The notes beneath the pieces are model-generated. The model had not been told where the DNA came from and did no database searches. It saw only the letters and a program-made list of their open reading frames with translations. Source: an uncultured bacterium (GTDB lineage Bacteria; CAZSTA01). Taken from it: a DNA stretch of 11,043 bases. Made by a program: the position numbers and the translations under genes. Position 1 is the first letter of the stretch. Every line of letters starts with the position of its first letter. Shown in pieces: positions 7,214-11,043 of the stretch. The DNA is taken from positions 1-11,043 of the forward strand of contig CAZSTA010000119.1 in assembly GCA_964609495.1 (NCBI GenBank). Reading direction: 5' to 3'.

Positions 7214-7255
7214 GTTCCCTCTCCCCTTGTGGGAGAGGGCTAGGGTGAGGGGGAA
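7214..7255 (+). repeat. G/C-rich palindromic REP-like repeat unit, copy C
   Basis: GTTCCCTCTCCCCTTGTGGGAGAGGGCTAGGGTGAGGGGGAA differs at only ~3 positions from copy B (555-596) and has the same orientation. Its GAGGGGGA end doubles as the SD for ruvX. Confidence 0.8.
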
Positions 7256-7262
7256 AGCTAAA

Positions 7263-7688
7263 ATGAGAATTATGGGATTAGATTTTGGAGAGAAGAGAAT
7301 AGGAGTGGCGATAAGCGACCCCTCGGGTCTTATTGCCCAAGGGATCGACGTCATCCAACGGAAAGCCCCCGAAAGGGATATTTCGAGATTAAGAGAGATC
7401 ATAGATGGCTATGGAGTGGAGAAGATAGTAATAGGGATGCCAAGGAATATGAACGGAACTTTAGGGAGAAAAGCGGAAGAGGTTCAGGAGTTTATGGAGC
7501 TATTAAAGGACGAATTCGATATTCCTCTAATGACGTGGGATGAGAGACTATCCACTCATCAAGCGGAAAGAGTATTGATCGAGGCTGATATGAGCAGAGC
7601 TAAGAGGAAGAAGGTTATTGATAGAATGGCCGCGGTAGTGATACTGCAAAGCTATTTGGATAGTAGATCAGCTCGAAGCGATCACTAG
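7263..7688 (+). CDS. ruvX: Holliday-junction resolvase-like putative pre-16S rRNA nuclease RuvX/YqgF
   Basis: MRIMGLDFGEKRIGVAISD... is the canonical RuvX/YqgF N-terminus (GLDxGxKRIGVAxSD) in a ~140-aa RNase-H-fold protein. The ATG at 7263 is 8 nt downstream of GAGGGGGA. The longer ORF from 7212 merely reads through the repeat. Confidence 0.88.
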   Translation: MRIMGLDFGEKRIGVAISDPSGLIAQGIDVIQRKAPERDISRLREIIDGYGVEKIVIGMPRNMNGTLGRKAEEVQEFMELLKDEFDIPLMTWDERLSTHQAERVLIEADMSRAKRKKVIDRMAAVVILQSYLDSRSARSDH

Positions 7689-7754
7689 TTGCTTCGGAAA
7701 TATGATTTTTCAGCTATGATCGTTAAAGAAAAGCCTTGATGAACTAAGACCGCT

Positions 7755-8561
7755 TTATCCTCCTCCTGATAATGCTCCTTTAACTCTTTCTGCTACTATC
7801 CTCGCGATCTCATCCTCACTCACTTCTTGAGACTTCTCCCCCGCGGCAGAATCGCTTATCGCACAAACCTCCCCTCCACATAGTCCGCAGGTCTCACAAC
7901 TAAAATTCGGTCCCTCTATACCTAATTCCTCTCTGATCTCCATAAGCCTGTCCACTTGCTCCTTAGTGAGCGTCCTCACTCCTCCTAGCTGTTTGGCTAC
8001 CAAGCTTATATGAGCGAAATGTTCTAAAGTCTCCATTCGATAGTAGGCTTTATAAACATCGGTCCCGATCGTCATCGCTCCATGATTAGCTAGCAGAAAA
8101 GCATCGGATTTCTTAATATATTCCATAATGGTATCAGGTAGCTCCTCGGTAGAGGGAGTTCCATAAGGGGCTAAGGGGACCGAACCTATAGTTATGACTA
8201 CTTCTGGCAACACACATTGAGCTAGGGGAAGTCCAGCTACCGCGAAACCAGTAGCGATCGGGGGATGAGCATGCACTACCGACTTAATATCCGGTCTAGT
8301 CTTATATACTCGAATGTGAAGTTTTACCTCTGAGGACGGTCTTCGATCTTCTGCTCCCGCAATTTTATTACCATCCATATCAACTTTTACTATATCCCCG
8401 ACCTCCAAGTAGCCCTTGGACATTCCCGTGGGAGTAGTCAATATCTCATTCTCGCTTATCCTGATACTCACATTTCCATCATTAGAGGCCACATAACCCT
8501 TTCCGTATATCCTATGGCACACCTCTACAATATCTTCTTTCAAAACCCATTCATTCGCCAT
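7755..8561 (-). CDS. Class II aldolase/adducin-family protein (L-fuculose/rhamnulose-phosphate-aldolase-like) with a C-terminal Cys-cluster and an encapsulation-peptide-like helix
   Basis: GNVSIR, TPTG, PSSE (metal-ligand Glu), HAHP and ANHG motifs of the FucA/AraD class II aldolase fold occupy residues 1-215. A 53-aa extension follows, carrying C222-x2-C225-x2-C228-x4-C233 and the amphipathic helix DEIARIVAERVKGAL. A strong SD (AAGGAGAGG) precedes the ATG. Confidence 0.85.
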   Translation of the reverse strand: MANEWVLKEDIVEVCHRIYGKGYVASNDGNVSIRISENEILTTPTGMSKGYLEVGDIVKVDMDGNKIAGAEDRRPSSEVKLHIRVYKTRPDIKSVVHAHPPIATGFAVAGLPLAQCVLPEVVITIGSVPLAPYGTPSTEELPDTIMEYIKKSDAFLLANHGAMTIGTDVYKAYYRMETLEHFAHISLVAKQLGGVRTLTKEQVDRLMEIREELGIEGPNFSCETCGLCGGEVCAISDSAAGEKSQEVSEDEIARIVAERVKGALSGGG

Positions 8562-8636
8562 ATTACCTCTCCTTTTATTCTAGCTGGAAAGTTGAAATCG
8601 AAAAGAGAGAAATTCCGCTCCTTCACTTTCCACCCT

Positions 8637-8927
8637 CTATTTTCTAAATACGTATTCTCCGTCAACTTCCCAATAATCTATGATTCCCATAATCAAAGTC
8701 CGAATAGGAGCCCTTTCTAAACCGAAAACTTCCCTAGCAACTCCGGGACCGCTTCCAGCTAAAACTATATCTCCCTCACCTGCTCCCACATAGTCAACTG
8801 CCACCATCGGAGACCCTTTTGGATTTCCCTCTATATCGAGCGGTTGAACGATCATTATCTTCTTATTCTGATAAGCCTCATGTTTAAGGGTTGATACTAT
8901 ATTTCCCACTACTTTGCCGATGAACAA
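8637..8927 (-). CDS. BMC vertex (pentamer) protein, EutN/PduN/CcmL family (BMC-P), paralog 1
   Basis: MFIGKVVGNIVSTLKH...IMIVQPLDIEGNPKGSPMVAVDYVGAGEGDIVLAGSGPGVAR...MGIIDYWEVDGEYVFRK follows the EutN/CcmL consensus (ViGxvvaT, D.vGAG.G..VL...GS.AR, GIvD) and is ~96 aa. It apparently uses a TTG start. Confidence 0.85.
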   Translation of the reverse strand: MFIGKVVGNIVSTLKHEAYQNKKIMIVQPLDIEGNPKGSPMVAVDYVGAGEGDIVLAGSGPGVAREVFGLERAPIRTLIMGIIDYWEVDGEYVFRK

Positions 8928-8968
8928 AGGAGCTCACTTCCCTATTTATAAAAACTTCAAATCAGTAA

Positions 8969-9265
8969 TTACTGTTTCCCACTTTCAACTTCTGAATCGA
9001 TACTATGAACAGAATCTACTATACCAACTATCGCGGCATCTACTGGAGTGAAAACATCATCGAAAGCCTGAGTAGCATCACGACTAGTAACAAAGAACAC
9101 AGTATCACCGTATCCAGCTAGAGCTACCGCATCGGCAGCGATCAAAGGCCTGCCTGATTTTTCTAGGTTTTGATCCAGGGGCTGAACGATCAACAGGCGA
9201 AATCCCTTTAAGCTCTCCTGTTTTCTAGTTGCTACTATTGTCCCAATTACCTTTCCTAACTTCAT
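8969..9265 (-). CDS. BMC vertex (pentamer) protein, EutN/PduN/CcmL family (BMC-P), paralog 2
   Basis: MKLGKVIGTIVATRKQESLKGFRLLIVQPLD...AADAVALAGYGDTVFFVTSRDATQ...PVDAAIVGIVDSV has the same fold signature and is 98 aa. An SD (AGAGGA) precedes the ATG. Confidence 0.82.
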   Translation of the reverse strand: MKLGKVIGTIVATRKQESLKGFRLLIVQPLDQNLEKSGRPLIAADAVALAGYGDTVFFVTSRDATQAFDDVFTPVDAAIVGIVDSVHSIDSEVESGKQ

Positions 9266-9320
9266 ACCCTATCCTCTTTTAGAAAAAAGATAAACCATTT
9301 TCCAATTTATGCTTTCCCGA

Positions 9321-9875
9321 TCACAATACTTTCGCGATTAAGCTCGGATTTGGAGAAGGGATAACAACGCTATCTAAAATCATTCCCCTATCAGTGATCT
9401 CTGATACGCCAGCCTGGATTCCAGCTCTAACATCAGCTACAGTTCCAGTTAAAACTAGGAAGGATTTGCCACCTAAACCTTTCGCTAACCTGATCTCGAT
9501 CAGAGATACATTAGCCGCTTTTGCGGCTGCGTCACCGGCTATTATAGTTGAGGCTACCGAGAAGGTCTCTATTATCCCCAAAGCCTCGACCTCCTCGATG
9601 ATAGTCGTTCCCACGATCGCGGGGAAGATCTGAGGATGAACATTAGGGATTATCAGATCATCCACAACCGTTTCTGCTCCTACCCTCTGCCCTGTCCTAA
9701 CGGAGGTCTCTACTGCGGCTATCTCTCCCCCTATTAGAACAATGTATTTACCAGGACAGACCGGAGCCGCCTCTATCAGATCAACTGTAGCCGCATCCAG
9801 CATCTCATCACAAGCCATCATTCCCCTAGCTATGCTATTGAATTCTACAAGTCCAATCGCTGAATGTATTGCCAT
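9321..9875 (-). CDS. pduT: Tandem-BMC-domain shell protein, PduT-like (BMC-T with putative Fe-S-binding cysteine)
   Basis: At 184 aa it is the same length as PduT. It carries two BMC (pfam00936-like) repeats, AIGLVEFNSIARGM...VDLI and ALGIIETFSVASTIIAGDAAAKAANVSLIEI...GGKSF. The PduT pore cysteine context (ICPGK) is conserved as PVCPGK, and there is a C-terminal SVVIPSP as in PduT. Confidence 0.82.
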   Translation of the reverse strand: MAIHSAIGLVEFNSIARGMMACDEMLDAATVDLIEAAPVCPGKYIVLIGGEIAAVETSVRTGQRVGAETVVDDLIIPNVHPQIFPAIVGTTIIEEVEALGIIETFSVASTIIAGDAAAKAANVSLIEIRLAKGLGGKSFLVLTGTVADVRAGIQAGVSEITDRGMILDSVVIPSPNPSLIAKVL

Positions 9876-9917
9876 TTTATCTCTCCAAATATTGATTGAT
9901 AATTCTTACTTAAACAA

Positions 9918-10781
9918 TTAGCCCTTTAGTCCGGTCAAAGTTATCCCTTTGATGAAATACTTCTGCATAGATACAAACAAAATTATAACTGGAAGAGAGC
10001 ATACTAGAGTAGCCGCCATAAGAAGATTAGTCTTAGTTATGCCGAATTGATTACTATAGAGAGCCAATCCTAGAGGTACTGTTCTTTTACTTAAAGTGTC
10101 AATCACCACTAGAGGCCACATAAAGCTATCCCAGTTCGCCATAAAGGTAAAGATAGATAGAGTAGCTAGAGGGGGCTTACAAAGTGGTAATATAATCCGC
10201 CAGTATATCCCAAATTCGGGGCAACCATCTATCCTTGCGGCATCGATTAAATCTGTAGGGATAGTCTGAATGAATTGCCTCATCAAAAATATGCCAAAGG
10301 CACTTATCAATCCGGGGATGATCAAAGCCGCGAGGTTATCTATTAGATTGAGATATTTCATCATAAAATAGAGGGGAATCATAGTAACTTGAAAGGGGAT
10401 CATCATTGTTGAGAGAATTAGAATAAATAGGATATCACGTCCTTTGAAATTAAATTTGGCGAAGGCATATCCAGTTAAGGAACTGAAGAAGAGAACGCTG
10501 AGGGTCACAGATGTGCCCTGGATTATGCTATTGAGAAAGAAACGGGCAAAGGGTGCATAAGATAACGCTTCAGGAAAGTTCTGTAAAGTAGGCTGGTTAG
10601 GTATCCAAGTAGGAGGATAGGCGATAGTCTCAGGGCCGGGTTTAAAGGCGGTCGATACCATCCACAGGAAAGGACCAGCCATAACTATCGTGAAGAGAGC
10701 AACGATTATATACAAAACAACTTGCCCTGTCCAATATAAAGTTCGAACCTTTCTAACGGATATATCGGATACATCATTCAT
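9918..10781 (-). CDS. Carbohydrate ABC transporter permease (MalG/UgpE-like)
   Basis: Polytopic membrane protein with the EAA-type loop ..DAARIDGCPEFGIYWRIILPL.. and the overall MalG/UgpE topology (287 aa). Confidence 0.85.
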   Translation of the reverse strand: MNDVSDISVRKVRTLYWTGQVVLYIIVALFTIVMAGPFLWMVSTAFKPGPETIAYPPTWIPNQPTLQNFPEALSYAPFARFFLNSIIQGTSVTLSVLFFSSLTGYAFAKFNFKGRDILFILILSTMMIPFQVTMIPLYFMMKYLNLIDNLAALIIPGLISAFGIFLMRQFIQTIPTDLIDAARIDGCPEFGIYWRIILPLCKPPLATLSIFTFMANWDSFMWPLVVIDTLSKRTVPLGLALYSNQFGITKTNLLMAATLVCSLPVIILFVSMQKYFIKGITLTGLKG

Positions 10782-10791
10782 CCTACTACTC

Positions 10792-11043
10792 CTAAAACTC
10801 TATGCCTCGACCGAAATACTTGATCTGTAATATAGTTAAAAAGAGGACAATACCAAAGAGAACGAAAGCCATAGAACAAGCTAATCCCATCCGGTAAAAG
10901 CGAAAAGCGGATTCGTATATATATTGGACTAGCACTCTAGTAGCATTACCTGGGCCACCGTTAGTCATAATGAAGATCTGAGTGAAGACTTGAAAAGAGC
11001 CAATTACCCCGGTTACCATTACGAACAGAATCGGCGTTGGACG
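10792..11043 (-). CDS. Carbohydrate ABC transporter permease (MalF/UgpA-like), C-terminal fragment (the 5' end lies beyond the window)
   Basis: Reverse-strand translation is open to the window edge (..RPTPILFVMVTGVIGSFQVFTQIFIMTNGGPGNATRVLVQYIYESAFRF...). The GGP..T..L..YIY motif is typical of the C-terminus of MalF/UgpA permeases. The stop is 11 nt before the next permease start. Confidence 0.8.
   Translation of the reverse strand, partial: RPTPILFVMVTGVIGSFQVFTQIFIMTNGGPGNATRVLVQYIYESAFRFYRMGLACSMAFVLFGIVLFLTILQIKYFGRGIEF

Noticed and set aside
7212-7262. A longer ruvX ORF starting at 7212 (MFPLPLWERARVRGKAK...)
   Set aside because: The first 17 codons are simply a translation of REP-like repeat copy C. 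RuvX family proteins begin at the MRIMGLDFG-equivalent, and a good SD (GAGGGGGA) precedes the ATG at 7263.
7178-7402. 74-aa minus-strand ORF spanning the repeat and the ruvX start
   Set aside because: It overlaps REP-like repeat copy C and the well-supported ruvX 5' end on the opposite strand. It is a repeat-induced spurious ORF.
7689-7754. Looked for a bidirectional intrinsic terminator between the convergent ruvX and aldolase genes
   Set aside because: Only weak 4-5-bp A/T-rich dyads (for example GAAA..TTTC) were found. Nothing resembles a stable GC-rich stem followed by a U-run, so none is annotated.
8514-8720. 68-aa plus-strand ORF across the aldolase to BMC-P intergenic region
   Set aside because: It overlaps the aldolase start and RBS and the BMC-P 3' end on the opposite strand, with no motifs. 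Spurious.
9394-9633. 79-aa plus-strand ORF antisense to the PduT-like gene
   Set aside because: Shadow ORF within a CDS that has strong family-level support on the other strand.

Overview
This 11-kb window reads as a chromosomal segment of a fairly low-GC bacterium; the composition estimate comes from codon usage by eye (AGA/AGG/ATA-rich), not a computed GC value. It holds two convergent gene blocks that meet near position 7700.

The plus-strand block starts with the 3' end of alanine racemase and its hairpin terminator. A cluster of G/C-rich palindromic REP-like repeats follows. A textbook TTGACA-17-TATAAT promoter then drives a tightly packed operon of five genes:
- a Cas4/AddB-like PD-(D/E)XK nuclease with a 4-Cys Fe-S signature;
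- a small predicted lipoprotein;
- an Ap4A-phosphorylase-like HIT protein;
- a full-length PcrA/UvrD helicase whose TTG start overlaps the HIT stop;
- an 810-aa gamma-class N6-adenine DNA methyltransferase (motif I DPAAGSGTF, motif IV NPPW), translationally coupled to PcrA, carrying an unexplained ~200-aa N-terminal domain and a long C-terminal putative target-recognition region.

A third copy of the G/C-rich repeat sits just after the methyltransferase. It creates a false N-terminal extension on the Holliday-junction resolvase gene ruvX/yqgF, whose real start is 7263.

The minus-strand block is the distal end of a bacterial microcompartment (BMC) locus. In transcription order it contains:
- two sugar-ABC permeases (MalF-like and MalG-like);
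- a PduT-like tandem-BMC shell protein with the conserved CPGK cysteine;
- two paralogous BMC-P (EutN/PduN/CcmL-type) pentamer proteins;
- a class II (fuculose-phosphate-type) aldolase with a ~50-aa C-terminal extension, made of a CxxCxxCxxxxC motif and an amphipathic helix typical of an encapsulation peptide.

No rRNA, tRNA or CRISPR array was recognised by eye.

Two things merit follow-up. One is the aldolase-signature BMC with a Cys-cluster-bearing encapsulated aldolase and an Fe-S shell protein. The other is the promoter-driven nuclease, helicase and methyltransferase module, which is bracketed by direct copies of the REP-like repeat.
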